DNA of 57,580 nucleotides from a virus. The stretch is from IMG/VR virus record IMGVR_UViG_3300014911_000006; one strand, given 5' to 3'. Below the pieces are notes generated by a model. That model saw nothing but the letters and a program-made list of their open reading frames with translations, was not told the origin of the DNA and did no database searches. A program made the position numbers and the translations under genes. This document shows, piece by piece, positions 1-9,217 of this stretch. Within the stretch, counting starts at the first letter, position 1; the number at the start of each line of letters is the position of its first letter.

Positions 1-42
1 ACTATACTAGAATATCTTAAGATATTAAGAGTGATAGGATAG

Positions 43-456
43 ATGTGGGTATATATGGATATTCTAAGAAAGTTTCTATATATAAAGAGAGAAGAGATAC
101 ATGAAGCACAATATGTTAAGAGATTCACTCTATATGAGAGAAAAACAGGATACTACTATAAAGACTATCTATTACTAGAAACAGGTATAAGAAAAGAAGA
201 CAATAAAGAGAAGATAGTATATCAGAAGATAGTGATACCCTATGGACTATCATATACAGTACTCTCCTGTATCCTCAAACATCTAAACACTATAATAGAG
301 AGATTGAAATATCTAAGAGACTATAAGAGATATCTAATAGATGATGAACTAATAACTAGACTAGAGCTACTAAGAAACATATACTATACAAGTGAGAGAG
401 ATATTCATAAGACAATAGAGAACCTGTATAGAATATCCAAGACACTATTAACCTAA
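43..456 (+). CDS. hypothetical protein (137 aa)
   Basis: ORF track; first gene of the + strand block; no recognised motif. Confidence 0.7.
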   Translation: MWVYMDILRKFLYIKREEIHEAQYVKRFTLYERKTGYYYKDYLLLETGIRKEDNKEKIVYQKIVIPYGLSYTVLSCILKHLNTIIERLKYLRDYKRYLIDDELITRLELLRNIYYTSERDIHKTIENLYRISKTLLT

Positions 457-545
457 ACAGTATTCTCTTTCTACTAATACCTGTTAATCTCTAGTATCTT
501 CTATCTCTCTATTATACATCTTCTTATAGAAATACCTTATATAGG

Positions 546-1130
546 ATGATATATAGAGATACACTCATGATGGAGAGAGAGACTATGGAGATAGGTCTAG
601 TATCAAGATACACTCTAGAAGACTATAGTAAGCTAACAGTAGATATTATAACTAAAGATAGAGAAATAGAGAGAATGTATAACAAGAATGATAGAGACTA
701 CAATATTCTAATAAGAAATATGAAGAGAGGAGTAACAACAGTATATCTATCAGATAATATAATAGAACCTAGCATACTGAAGACATTATTCTCTCCTATA
801 GATATCTTAGACTTTTACTCTATAGTTAAACCTACAGTAACCAGAACTATCTATCTTCCCTCTTCTCCTTTTTATCATAAGAAGATAGAGAGAACAGTTA
901 AGATTACACCTATCTTAATATCTGGATTTGATAGCTCTATTAAGAAACACTTCATCTTCTATCTAACAGATAACATATCCTTCAAGAACAATATCAAGAG
1001 AAAAGATATATCTACAATACTGCTATTTGAGAAAAGAGATAATATAATACAGGGATATGGTATAGCCTTCTATAGTCTCTCTCTCCATCATAACAATAAG
1101 AGATATAGAGATAAGAGTATAGAGAGGTGA
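546..1130 (+). CDS. hypothetical protein (194 aa)
   Basis: ORF track; typical genome codon usage; stop overlaps next start. Confidence 0.7.
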   Translation: MIYRDTLMMERETMEIGLVSRYTLEDYSKLTVDIITKDREIERMYNKNDRDYNILIRNMKRGVTTVYLSDNIIEPSILKTLFSPIDILDFYSIVKPTVTRTIYLPSSPFYHKKIERTVKITPILISGFDSSIKKHFIFYLTDNISFKNNIKRKDISTILLFEKRDNIIQGYGIAFYSLSLHHNNKRYRDKSIER

Positions 1131-1381
1131 TAATATATATGGGTATTAAAACCCTACTAAAAGAAGAGATAAATCTAACAGATATGAGAGACATACATAT
1201 ACAGCTAATAGAGAAAGGTAAAACACTATTAGTAGATATTAGAGGATATGTTAAGACAAGTAACTATACAGGATACACTAATAAGGGTATAACATTCAGA
1301 CTAGATAAGCTACCTCTATTCATGAATAAGTTAAAAGAGTTTATGGAGAAGGTTAGAGACACATATGGGGAGAAGGACTAG
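1127..1381 (+). CDS. PC4/YdbC-like ssDNA-binding protein (true start probably ATG 1139 after GAGGTGA)
   Basis: VDIRGY...TNKGITF motif matches the PC4-fold signature VDIRxY...TxKGIxL. Confidence 0.7.
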   Translation: MIIYMGIKTLLKEEINLTDMRDIHIQLIEKGKTLLVDIRGYVKTSNYTGYTNKGITFRLDKLPLFMNKLKEFMEKVRDTYGEKD

Positions 1382-1460
1382 AAAGCTAATACAGAACATC
1401 ATATCTCTTATCCCTCCTATACTACTCCTCTTATTTTTTTATCTATTAACTATAATATAG
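1365..1460 (+). CDS. 31-aa single-pass membrane peptide (not in ORF track)
   Basis: MGRRTRKLIQNIISLIPPILLLLFFYLLTII: basic N-terminus plus hydrophobic helix. Confidence 0.5.
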   Translation: MGRRTRKLIQNIISLIPPILLLLFFYLLTII

Positions 1461-1473
1461 AGTTGAAAGAGAG

Positions 1474-1572
1474 ATGATAGAGTCTTATCCTACTATCATA
1501 ATGTTTCTACTAGGATATATTCTAGGATTATGTGTAGGTATCTCTATATGCCCAATAAGAAAAGAAAAGTAG
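1474..1572 (+). CDS. 32-aa single-pass membrane peptide (not in ORF track)
   Basis: MIESYPTIIMFLLGYILGLCVGISICPIRKEK. Confidence 0.55.
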   Translation: MIESYPTIIMFLLGYILGLCVGISICPIRKEK

Positions 1573-1579
1573 AGAAGAA

Positions 1580-1598
1580 ATGTAACACCGTGTTACAT
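1580..1598. promoter_or_regulatory. palindromic site ATGTAACA-N3-TGTTACAT
   Basis: perfect inverted repeat, intergenic; recurs at 29448, 32990, 57411, 57450, 57478. Confidence 0.75.
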
Positions 1599-1618
1599 AT
1601 ATCTAGAGGTAAAATATC

Positions 1619-1699
1619 TTGAATATAGAGATAGACATAGGAGTTAAACTCTTCATTATTCTTCTAATACTGGTTCTAGCATATGCTAGTAAAGAATAG
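1619..1699 (+). CDS. 26-aa single-pass membrane peptide (TTG start; not in ORF track)
   Basis: GAGGT RBS upstream; MNIEIDIGVKLFIILLILVLAYASKE. Confidence 0.5.
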   Translation: MNIEIDIGVKLFIILLILVLAYASKE

Positions 1700-1883
1700 A
1701 GTTGATAGAACTATGTTAGAAGAGATAAAAGATGAGAAGCTTAAACAAGAGATACTTAGACTTATGAAGAAGAGTAAACCTATCAAGCTAGAGAAAGATA
1801 AACCAGTAAAGATAGATGACAATCTATATGTTATCTGGACTAACAATAAGCTAGTCTTCTATGAGGAGATAGAAGATGAATAA
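1683..1883 (+). CDS. hypothetical protein (66 aa)
   Basis: ORF track. Confidence 0.65.
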   Translation: MLVKNRVDRTMLEEIKDEKLKQEILRLMKKSKPIKLEKDKPVKIDDNLYVIWTNNKLVFYEEIEDE

Positions 1884-1962
1884 TATAAAGAGAAGAGTAG
1901 ACTACTGGATAAGACTAGATAATCCTTATCATATTAAACAGATAGTAGATAGATGGAAATAG
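1876..1962 (+). CDS. 28-aa hypothetical peptide
   Basis: fills the gap between neighbours; overlaps previous stop; MNNIKRRVDYWIRLDNPYHIKQIVDRWK. Confidence 0.35.
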   Translation: MNNIKRRVDYWIRLDNPYHIKQIVDRWK

Positions 1963-1980
1963 CAGTAGAAGTGATACTAG

Positions 1981-2343
1981 ATGAGTGATACTCCTAGTGA
2001 TAAAGTAAGAGAGATATTTGAAGACATATATCAGAATATAGGATTATTGAAAGCTATAACAGATAAACAGAAGCTACTAGAGGCATTAAAGATAAGAGTA
2101 GAGATGCTAGAGGATAGAGTATATCACTATGATAGATGTAGAGGATGTCTAAAGAGGTATTCTTCTGGTATAAAGGATCTAGAGATAGAGATTAAGAGGG
2201 ATGGAGATATAGTATTCTCAGGTAAAACTAGATTATGTGCAGATTGTTATCAACGATTAAAAGCAGATATCGTAACTATAATGAACACTAAATACTCTAA
2301 TACTCTTCTAGATAAGTATAGAGAGATACTAAGTCAACAGTAG
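1981..2343 (+). CDS. coiled-coil + Zn-finger protein
   Basis: CRGC...CADC pairs. Confidence 0.65.
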   Translation: MSDTPSDKVREIFEDIYQNIGLLKAITDKQKLLEALKIRVEMLEDRVYHYDRCRGCLKRYSSGIKDLEIEIKRDGDIVFSGKTRLCADCYQRLKADIVTIMNTKYSNTLLDKYREILSQQ

Positions 2344-2374
2344 ACTATTTATCATATAAGATACAACAGTATAG

Positions 2375-3286
2375 TTGATGATAGATATGTTCATAGAACA
2401 ATCTAATGAGATAAACAAGTTCCTATCTATAGCTACTAGAGTAAGAAATGTTAGACTACTTGGTCATACTGGAAGTGGAAAGAGTTTTCTTGTTCACTAT
2501 CTCAAGAATAAATATAACTGGAAACTATGGGAGTATTCTCTATGTAGTGAAACCACTAGATGGGATCTAATAGCAGGAGATATACTAGAGAAAGGAAGTA
2601 CTAGAGTAAGAAAGGGTATAGTTACACTATGGTTAGAAGATAAACCAGATAGAGGATACTGTAGATGTAAGAATCCTATAATAGATAGAAGAGATAATAG
2701 ACTATACTGTAAGAGATGTAAGAAGAATATACAGCTTATAATACTCTTTCTAGATGAGTTTAACTTCTGTAGAAATGATGTTAAGACTTTTATCAATCAG
2801 TTAGGAGACTTTAGACAGTCTATATGGATACCTGAACTACAGAGAGAATATAGAAGAGAGTGGTATCATATACTGGTTATAGCTCATAATCCACATGAGA
2901 AGACAGGATATACGGCTACCTATGAAGAGAACATAGCTCTAGTAAGAAGATTTGAGACTATAGTACTAGAGTGGTTACCTATAGAAGAGGAGACTAAACT
3001 GTTACTAGAACTCTATGATGACTATAGATATACTAGAAAGCTATCTGAATATGCATGGAAGATAAGGAATCTCTATAGACAGGGTATACTATCTACAGTA
3101 TTAACTACAGAGAATCTAAAGAACTACTGTATAATGAGAAAGCTAGACAATCTATCAGAGAAAGAGATAATAGATATAGTTAAAGGACTATTCCCTGAAG
3201 AAGAGAGAGATATCGTAGATAGACTATGGGAGACAGATACAGATAGAATAATAGATCAACTAAGAAGAGAAGGAAGAATAAGATGA
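2375..3286 (+). CDS. MoxR/CbbQ/NorQ-family AAA+ ATPase with Zn-ribbon insertion
   Basis: Walker A GHTGSGKS, Walker B LFLDEFN, NP...RRF sensor/Arg finger; adjacent vWA gene. Confidence 0.85.
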   Translation: MMIDMFIEQSNEINKFLSIATRVRNVRLLGHTGSGKSFLVHYLKNKYNWKLWEYSLCSETTRWDLIAGDILEKGSTRVRKGIVTLWLEDKPDRGYCRCKNPIIDRRDNRLYCKRCKKNIQLIILFLDEFNFCRNDVKTFINQLGDFRQSIWIPELQREYRREWYHILVIAHNPHEKTGYTATYEENIALVRRFETIVLEWLPIEEETKLLLELYDDYRYTRKLSEYAWKIRNLYRQGILSTVLTTENLKNYCIMRKLDNLSEKEIIDIVKGLFPEEERDIVDRLWETDTDRIIDQLRREGRIR

Positions 3287-3642
3287 TATACACTATAAGG
3301 AGAAGAGATAGAGAGTTTAGAGACACATACTGTAGATACTGCTCTAGAAGACTACTAGATACATCTAGATACTATGATGGTAATGAGAACACAGTAGTAT
3401 GCTTCTATGATAACAGAGCTATAGAGAGAAAGATAAAGGATCTAATAAATCAGGTTAAAGATCTAATGAAAGAGAGAAGAGATACTAAAGATGACAATAC
3501 AAGATCTAAGATAGATAATATAGTAGATAGATTAAGAGAAGAGATTAAAACTCTAAAGATAGAGAGACTAAACAGACCTTATCTATGTGATATGGAATGG
3601 ATAAAGATAAAGGATCAGATAGACAGAAGAGGATATCTATAG
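3283..3642 (+). CDS. Cys-containing coiled-coil protein
   Basis: CRYC motif plus helical hairpin; lies between the AAA and vWA genes. Confidence 0.65.
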   Translation: MIYTIRRRDREFRDTYCRYCSRRLLDTSRYYDGNENTVVCFYDNRAIERKIKDLINQVKDLMKERRDTKDDNTRSKIDNIVDRLREEIKTLKIERLNRPYLCDMEWIKIKDQIDRRGYL

Positions 3643-5234
3643 TAGATGATATAAAGCTACTAGATGAGCTAAGATCTCTAGCTGTATCTATAACCAATCA
3701 ACCTGATCTAATAGTAAAGATAAGTGATACTGAACCTGTATCCTATATTCTAGATAACACTATTACTCTTACCACTAGAACTATACCTAAGAACATAGAT
3801 GATATAGATATTAAGATGAGGATACTAGATGGAGAGATAATACATGAATCCATACACTATCTCATATCTCATCCTATAAGGAGAGAAGCAGAGAGATTCA
3901 TAGATAGTAAGAGAGACTATACTCTAGCATGGTTAGTAGTACAGCTAGTAGAGGATACCAGAGTATATAACTATGGTAGACTAAGATATCCATATGACTT
4001 CAATATTAGACTAGAACTGTTAAGAGATATACTTAGAGACTCAGATATAGAGGTAAACAGAAGATATAGATCTCTAAAGAATAATGAGAGATATCTTATA
4101 GCTCTAATACAGAGAACACTATTCAACAAGAAGACTATACTATATAATACTCTAAACAGTAAACAGAGGAAGAGTATAGAGAGAGTTAGAAGACTACTAG
4201 ACAGTAACAAGCATATATTCTCTCCAGATAGACTATATGATCTCTATGAGAAGATATACTCTATACTATCAGACAATATAGATAGAAGAGAAGAGATACA
4301 GATAGAACAGATACCATACTATGGAGGAGATCTAAAATATAATACTAAGAAGCTAGATACTCTAAAGAAGAAGATAGAACATATACAGACAGCTATACAG
4401 AGAAGAGATATAGAGAAGAAAGGAGATCCTCTAAAGAACATACAGATATATGACAGTATAGGAGCAGGATCAGGAGAGGGACTAAGACTACCATCTCCTA
4501 AACCAGATAGAGAAGACTATCTAAGAAGATACTATAGACTAGAACATATAGTTAAAGAGATACTTAGAAGACTAAGAACCAATCAGTATATTAAACTAGA
4601 GAAAGAGGAGTTTAGAAAGAAGGGTAGAATGATGAGTGAGATAGTATCTAAATACTATCCTCTATCTCTAACTAGAAAGATAGAGAACATATATGAGGGA
4701 TATATAGAGACACTTAAGAGTAGACCTATGAAGATAGCTATAATAGTAGACATATCAGCTAGTATGAATCTAGATATGAGTAAAGATCTACTTGTAATAT
4801 TAACAGAAGTATTTGGAAGATATCTAAGAGAGAGTGATTTCATGATACTAGCATACACATCAGACTACTATAAGATAAAGTCATTAGAGGAGAACTATAA
4901 GAACACTAGATATAGAATAGGAGGACTACATGATCAGAGAGGAACAGTACTATACAATCCTCTACTAGAGACATATAGAATATTCAAGAATCTAAGACAG
5001 TATAGAAGAATAGTGATAATAGGATCAGACTTTGAGATAGAGAAGAGAGAGGATACAGCTAATCTAATAAGACAGATGGAGAGAGACAATATAGATATTA
5101 TAGGTTTAGCCTATGGTAAGATATCCTTCAATATATCTAATATCATTAGAAGATACAGGATAGTACAGGATCTATCTCTTCTCCCCTACTACTTTATAGA
5201 TCTATTAGAGGAAGTATTAAGAGGAGGTGAATAG
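3639..5234 (+). CDS. zincin-like (HExxH) + vWA domain protein, MoxR partner; probable ATA start at 3639 (track start 3597)
   Basis: IIHESIH and LVED..V in the N-half; MIDAS DISAS, T and SD motifs in the C-half. Confidence 0.8.
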   Translation: MVDDIKLLDELRSLAVSITNQPDLIVKISDTEPVSYILDNTITLTTRTIPKNIDDIDIKMRILDGEIIHESIHYLISHPIRREAERFIDSKRDYTLAWLVVQLVEDTRVYNYGRLRYPYDFNIRLELLRDILRDSDIEVNRRYRSLKNNERYLIALIQRTLFNKKTILYNTLNSKQRKSIERVRRLLDSNKHIFSPDRLYDLYEKIYSILSDNIDRREEIQIEQIPYYGGDLKYNTKKLDTLKKKIEHIQTAIQRRDIEKKGDPLKNIQIYDSIGAGSGEGLRLPSPKPDREDYLRRYYRLEHIVKEILRRLRTNQYIKLEKEEFRKKGRMMSEIVSKYYPLSLTRKIENIYEGYIETLKSRPMKIAIIVDISASMNLDMSKDLLVILTEVFGRYLRESDFMILAYTSDYYKIKSLEENYKNTRYRIGGLHDQRGTVLYNPLLETYRIFKNLRQYRRIVIIGSDFEIEKREDTANLIRQMERDNIDIIGLAYGKISFNISNIIRRYRIVQDLSLLPYYFIDLLEEVLRGGE

Positions 5235-5442
5235 TATATTGTACTTCTCTCTATACTGTAAACTAGATAAGATAACAGTAGATATTGATGGTAGAATACA
5301 TCTAATACTATCCAAGAAAGATAATAGAATATTTAATGGTATAGCTAGAGAGATAAAGCAATATGAGAATAGAGATATAGTAGTTAGAATATCTCCTCTA
5401 AGATATAGAGATGATAGTAGATGTCTAGAGAACAGACACTAG
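5227..5442 (+). CDS. hypothetical protein
   Basis: ORF track; GAGGAG RBS with GTG start. Confidence 0.6.
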   Translation: MNSILYFSLYCKLDKITVDIDGRIHLILSKKDNRIFNGIAREIKQYENRDIVVRISPLRYRDDSRCLENRH

Positions 5443-5558
5443 AGGAAGACATCAAGAGACTTAAGACTATAATAGAGAGACAGGATGAACTGATAAGACT
5501 ACTATCTAGTGAACTAGAATACTATAAGAGTAAGATAAAGAAGAGAGGTAGAAGATAG
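5421..5558 (+). CDS. 45-aa coiled-coil peptide (not in ORF track)
   Basis: MSREQTLEEDIKRLKTIIERQDELIRLLSSELEYYKSKIKKRGRR fills the gap. Confidence 0.55.
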   Translation: MSREQTLEEDIKRLKTIIERQDELIRLLSSELEYYKSKIKKRGRR

Positions 5559-5561
5559 ATA

Positions 5562-5762
5562 TTGAAGATATGTGTAGACTGTCTAAGAGAACTACTAAGA
5601 AACTCTAATATAGATAATAACAGATATAGAACATACTATCCTGATACCTGTAGTATATGTGGAGAGAGAAAAGCATGTACCAATATATCTAAGAGAGAAC
5701 TAGACTATCTTAGAGGAGCTATACTAAGAGTAAAGATAAAGATAAAGAGGTGTCTCTATTGA
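5562..5762 (+). CDS. small Zn-finger protein
   Basis: CVDC...CSICG. Confidence 0.65.
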   Translation: MKICVDCLRELLRNSNIDNNRYRTYYPDTCSICGERKACTNISKRELDYLRGAILRVKIKIKRCLY

Positions 5763-5938
5763 CATATAGAGTATCCAATAAGATAAAGATTAAAGGAGAT
5801 AAGATGATAATAAAGGGAGATAGTAGATTGTTTGATAGAATACTAGATCTATTTAGAGAAGAGAGCTATAGAGTTAGATGTCTACATATACTGGAGAGAG
5901 TTGAGAATCTAGATGACATTGAACTCTACTCTATTTGA
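5750..5938 (+). CDS. hypothetical protein
   Basis: ORF track. Confidence 0.55.
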   Translation: MSLLTYRVSNKIKIKGDKMIIKGDSRLFDRILDLFREESYRVRCLHILERVENLDDIELYSI

Positions 5939-6656
5939 TATAGATCTAGCTAAGAGATCAGGAGTATTCATTACAGGTAAGAGAGGAGTAGGTAAAACCA
6001 ATCTAGCTATGAATATAGTAGACACTCTAATACAGAACAATATAGATGTAATAGTGTTTGATCCCAGTAGAGCATGGAGATACTCTAGCATAGAGAACTA
6101 TACAGAGATACCTGAACATATAGAACAGATAAGAATAGAGTGTCCTACTAGAGACTCCATAGTATATGATCTATCTCTACTATATGTATATGCTCAGAAA
6201 GAGATAATAAGAAACATAGTAGCAGGATACTTTAGAAGACAGGTTAGAGATCCAGATAGATGGAGAATATTCGTATTTGAAGAGTGTCAGACACTTATAC
6301 ATAGAAACAGACTATCTAGTAGAGAGGCACAGGAGATACTTAGACTGATAACTGTAGGTAGAAACTTCAAGCTATCATATATACTTCTAACTACTAGACC
6401 TTCTCTAGTAGATACCTCTCTAGTAGCACTATCAGATCAGATCTATATAGGTAGACTAGATGATATCAATGATATTAGAAGAGTAAAGAGATGGATAGGA
6501 GTATATGAGCATAGAATATCTAGACTAAAGACAGGACAATTTATCTATAGAAGAGAAGGAGACACTAAACTGATAGATACTCCTCTATTTAGAAATATAA
6601 GAGTAGAGAAGAAGACTATCCCAGTAACTGTACTAAGAACAAGAATAGAGGTATAA
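5913..6656 (+). CDS. HerA/FtsK-superfamily (DUF87-like) P-loop ATPase
   Basis: GKRGVGKT, FVFEECQ, GRNF...TTRPS arginine-finger region. Confidence 0.8.
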   Translation: MTLNSTLFDIDLAKRSGVFITGKRGVGKTNLAMNIVDTLIQNNIDVIVFDPSRAWRYSSIENYTEIPEHIEQIRIECPTRDSIVYDLSLLYVYAQKEIIRNIVAGYFRRQVRDPDRWRIFVFEECQTLIHRNRLSSREAQEILRLITVGRNFKLSYILLTTRPSLVDTSLVALSDQIYIGRLDDINDIRRVKRWIGVYEHRISRLKTGQFIYRREGDTKLIDTPLFRNIRVEKKTIPVTVLRTRIEV

Positions 6657-6882
6657 GAACACTACATGTGGAAAGAATAATCTTAATCTTCTCCTTTCTA
6701 ATAAGATATACTCCTTTTAATCTAATCTCTATCTCTTCTATCTTCTTATCTAGTTTATGAAGCATATTAGAGTGAGTATCTATCTTATGTTCTATAGTAT
6801 CTAGTCTAGAACTGATCAGATTGGTTAATAATGTCTCTAGAGGAGAAGGATCATCATTCTCTTTCTCATATGACATATCCAC
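6616..6882 (-). CDS. coiled-coil protein with C-terminal TM helix (XhlA-like)
   Basis: heptad region followed by IILSTCSVLIPLFLFLVQLLG. Confidence 0.6.
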   Translation of the reverse strand: MDMSYEKENDDPSPLETLLTNLISSRLDTIEHKIDTHSNMLHKLDKKIEEIEIRLKGVYLIRKEKIKIILSTCSVLIPLFLFLVQLLG

Positions 6883-6924
6883 ATCATCTCTAAATAGATA
6901 ATAGAAAAAGAAGAGAGATATATC

Positions 6925-7209
6925 TTACTCTTGAACATCTACTATTATAATAGTTAGATCTTCTCTCTTTTTATTAACAGAAGAGCTATATGCTATCTCA
7001 GTCTCCTCTAATACATCCATCTCTCTATTATATAGATAGAAGTTACCTCTAATAGTGGGATCATTACATATCTTAACTATTATCTGATCTCCTATAACAG
7101 TATATCCCCATATATCTCCATTATCCTTTCTAAACAGTACTATCTCATAGGTATCTAGTCCTAGATATGATAATACTAGATCTCTAAATGTCTTAAATCT
7201 CATAATCAT
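6925..7209 (-). CDS. hypothetical protein
   Basis: ORF track. Confidence 0.65.
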   Translation of the reverse strand: MIMRFKTFRDLVLSYLGLDTYEIVLFRKDNGDIWGYTVIGDQIIVKICNDPTIRGNFYLYNREMDVLEETEIAYSSSVNKKREDLTIIIVDVQE

Positions 7210-7216
7210 ATATAGA

Positions 7217-7852
7217 CTACACCTCCTCTCTAAGTACCTTTAACAATAGATATGCTCTCTTATTGCTTATACCCTCTATCTTCTTAAGATCCTCTATACT
7301 AGCATTACAGACATCTCTTATAGTCTTATATCTCTTCAATATATTCTTAGCATTTCTTATCCCTATCTTAGGTATACATGCTAACATATTCTCTCTAATC
7401 TCCTCTATAGACTCATACTTCTTCTTAACAGGTATAGGTCTCTCTCTACTCTTATCCTTACCACATGATAGATACATCTGAGATATAAAGTAAGAGGCAT
7501 CCATATCTGATCTAATCATAACTACAGGTATCTGTATAGACAGCATAACACTAGATATCCCTCCTATGATTATATTCCTCCTCTTAATATCCTCCTTAGA
7601 GAATATAAGAGGTAACTCTCCTGTAACTAGTAGTAGACATCTATCACTATTATCCTTTAGAGTAAACAGTTGATTCCATAGTCTACCAGACACTATACTA
7701 TTATAGAGATCATGTACAGTCTTCCTCTCTATAGTTATACCATAGAAATAGTAGTCTCCTACATCTAGCTTAGTCCTCTCTGTCTTAATACCTAGACTAC
7801 TGATATGTCTCTCTATATCATCTGGTTCATGTATATCAATATAGACAGTCAT
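7217..7852 (-). CDS. xpf: XPF/ERCC4 structure-specific nuclease, short archaeal form with (HhH)2
   Basis: GDY...IERKTVHDL...GRLWNQL; HhH motifs IPKIG and IEGIS. Confidence 0.9.
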   Translation of the reverse strand: MTVYIDIHEPDDIERHISSLGIKTERTKLDVGDYYFYGITIERKTVHDLYNSIVSGRLWNQLFTLKDNSDRCLLLVTGELPLIFSKEDIKRRNIIIGGISSVMLSIQIPVVMIRSDMDASYFISQMYLSCGKDKSRERPIPVKKKYESIEEIRENMLACIPKIGIRNAKNILKRYKTIRDVCNASIEDLKKIEGISNKRAYLLLKVLREEV

Positions 7853-8159
7853 CTACTATAGCCTCCAACATAGTAAGCTTATCTATTATATCTCTATAGA
7901 AGTTTCTTCCCTTATCTGTTAGATAGTACTGTCTTATCTTCTTAGATCCCTTATAGATATATCTAAATCCTATATATCTTCTAGCTACTAGAACATCTAA
8001 TATCCTCTGTAGATGACTATAGTGTAAACTCTCATCCATACATCTATCCACTATCCTCTTAATCTCAGTTATCTTCATATCATCTCTATCCAGTACTCCT
8101 AACACTATAAAAGATATTAGAGGCATAAACTTACCATTCCTAAATCTAGATCCAGACAT
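7836..8159 (-). CDS. PadR-like winged-helix transcriptional regulator
   Basis: C-terminal YYLTDKGR wing motif. Confidence 0.75.
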   Translation of the reverse strand: MSGSRFRNGKFMPLISFIVLGVLDRDDMKITEIKRIVDRCMDESLHYSHLQRILDVLVARRYIGFRYIYKGSKKIRQYYLTDKGRNFYRDIIDKLTMLEAIVDDCLY

Positions 8160-8164
8160 CTATA

Positions 8165-8308
8165 TCACTCCTCTGTTACTCTCTCCTCATATTCATAGCA
8201 TGGTGGATATGCAGGATCTAGTCTCAGTAGTATCTTATCTCTAGTACATCTATTGAATCTATTATATTTACAGTCAGTATATGGACAGTATACCTCAGTA
8301 GTAATCAT
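8165..8308 (-). CDS. 47-aa Cys-rich protein (DUF1540-like; not in ORF track)
   Basis: MITTEVYCPYTDCKYNRFNRCTRDKI...C; fills the gap. Confidence 0.55.
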   Translation of the reverse strand: MITTEVYCPYTDCKYNRFNRCTRDKILLRLDPAYPPCYEYEERVTEE

Positions 8309-8312
8309 ATAT

Positions 8313-8582
8313 CTATCTATCCTCCTCTATTCTATAGATTGGTTTCTTCTTAGAATAGGCATACTCTAGATCTCTAACTATATCTTCAGGGAGAGAAGGG
8401 AGATATGCTATCATATCTGCTCTCTCTATCATCTCCCTCCTCTCCTCTATATTCTTACAGTCTCTACAGTACAGTACTCTATATCTCTTCATTAGAGAAT
8501 AGAGTATATGCTTCTCTCTATCAGTATCATAGTCTACATGAGAAATTAGTAGATATACTGTCTTCCTCTTTCTTCTTCTCAT
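8313..8582 (-). CDS. nucleoside 2-deoxyribosyltransferase-like (DUF4406-type) small protein
   Basis: IERADMIAYLP...DLEYAYSKKKPI resembles the AD...E..yA...KPV signature. Confidence 0.5.
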   Translation of the reverse strand: MRRRKRKTVYLLISHVDYDTDREKHILYSLMKRYRVLYCRDCKNIEERREMIERADMIAYLPSLPEDIVRDLEYAYSKKKPIYRIEEDR

Positions 8583-9192
8583 CTACTTCACTCTCTCTAG
8601 GTTCACATATAATAGATCTATTATATTCTTTCTCTCTTAGATATCTAAGATCCTCTAACATATCAGGTACAATCCTATATACTATATCAAATATTCTACA
8701 TGCTAGTTCTCTAATCTCCCATTGAGATCTCTTCTTCATTCTTAGTCTAAGGAAGTGTCTTATCTCTCTAAGATTCATAGTCATATAGATACTGGTACAC
8801 CATGCATTAGGCAATATATATCTAGCATCCTCTACAGGTATATTCTTCTCTATCATCTTTCTATATAGATCATAGCATCTATCAATCAGATCACAGTATC
8901 TCCTATAGAGAGAAGAGAACAGTATACTGTCAGGAGTAACATATCTCTCCTTACTATCATCTCTATATACAGTATATCTCTGAGACTCCTGTGTATAACT
9001 AGCTATTCTATGTCTAACCAACTGATGACTACATGCTCTACTAATATCAGATATCTTAAATGTGAACACTATATGCTCTAGAGGAGACTCTGCTCCTACT
9101 CTAATAAGATCCTTAACATCAGGAGACTCTCCTGTTATAGATATTATCTTATCTAGATCAGGTATAGAATAGCTAACTAGTTCTACTTTCAT
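8527..9192 (-). CDS. thyX: flavin-dependent thymidylate synthase
   Basis: ESPLEH, QLVRHRIASYTQESQRY, AQWEIR-like SQWEIR. Confidence 0.95.
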   Translation of the reverse strand: MKVELVSYSIPDLDKIISITGESPDVKDLIRVGAESPLEHIVFTFKISDISRACSHQLVRHRIASYTQESQRYTVYRDDSKERYVTPDSILFSSLYRRYCDLIDRCYDLYRKMIEKNIPVEDARYILPNAWCTSIYMTMNLREIRHFLRLRMKKRSQWEIRELACRIFDIVYRIVPDMLEDLRYLREKEYNRSIICEPRESEVDEKKKEEDSISTNFSCRL

Positions 9193-9217
9193 TTTATATC
9201 ACCTCTCTATACTGTTT

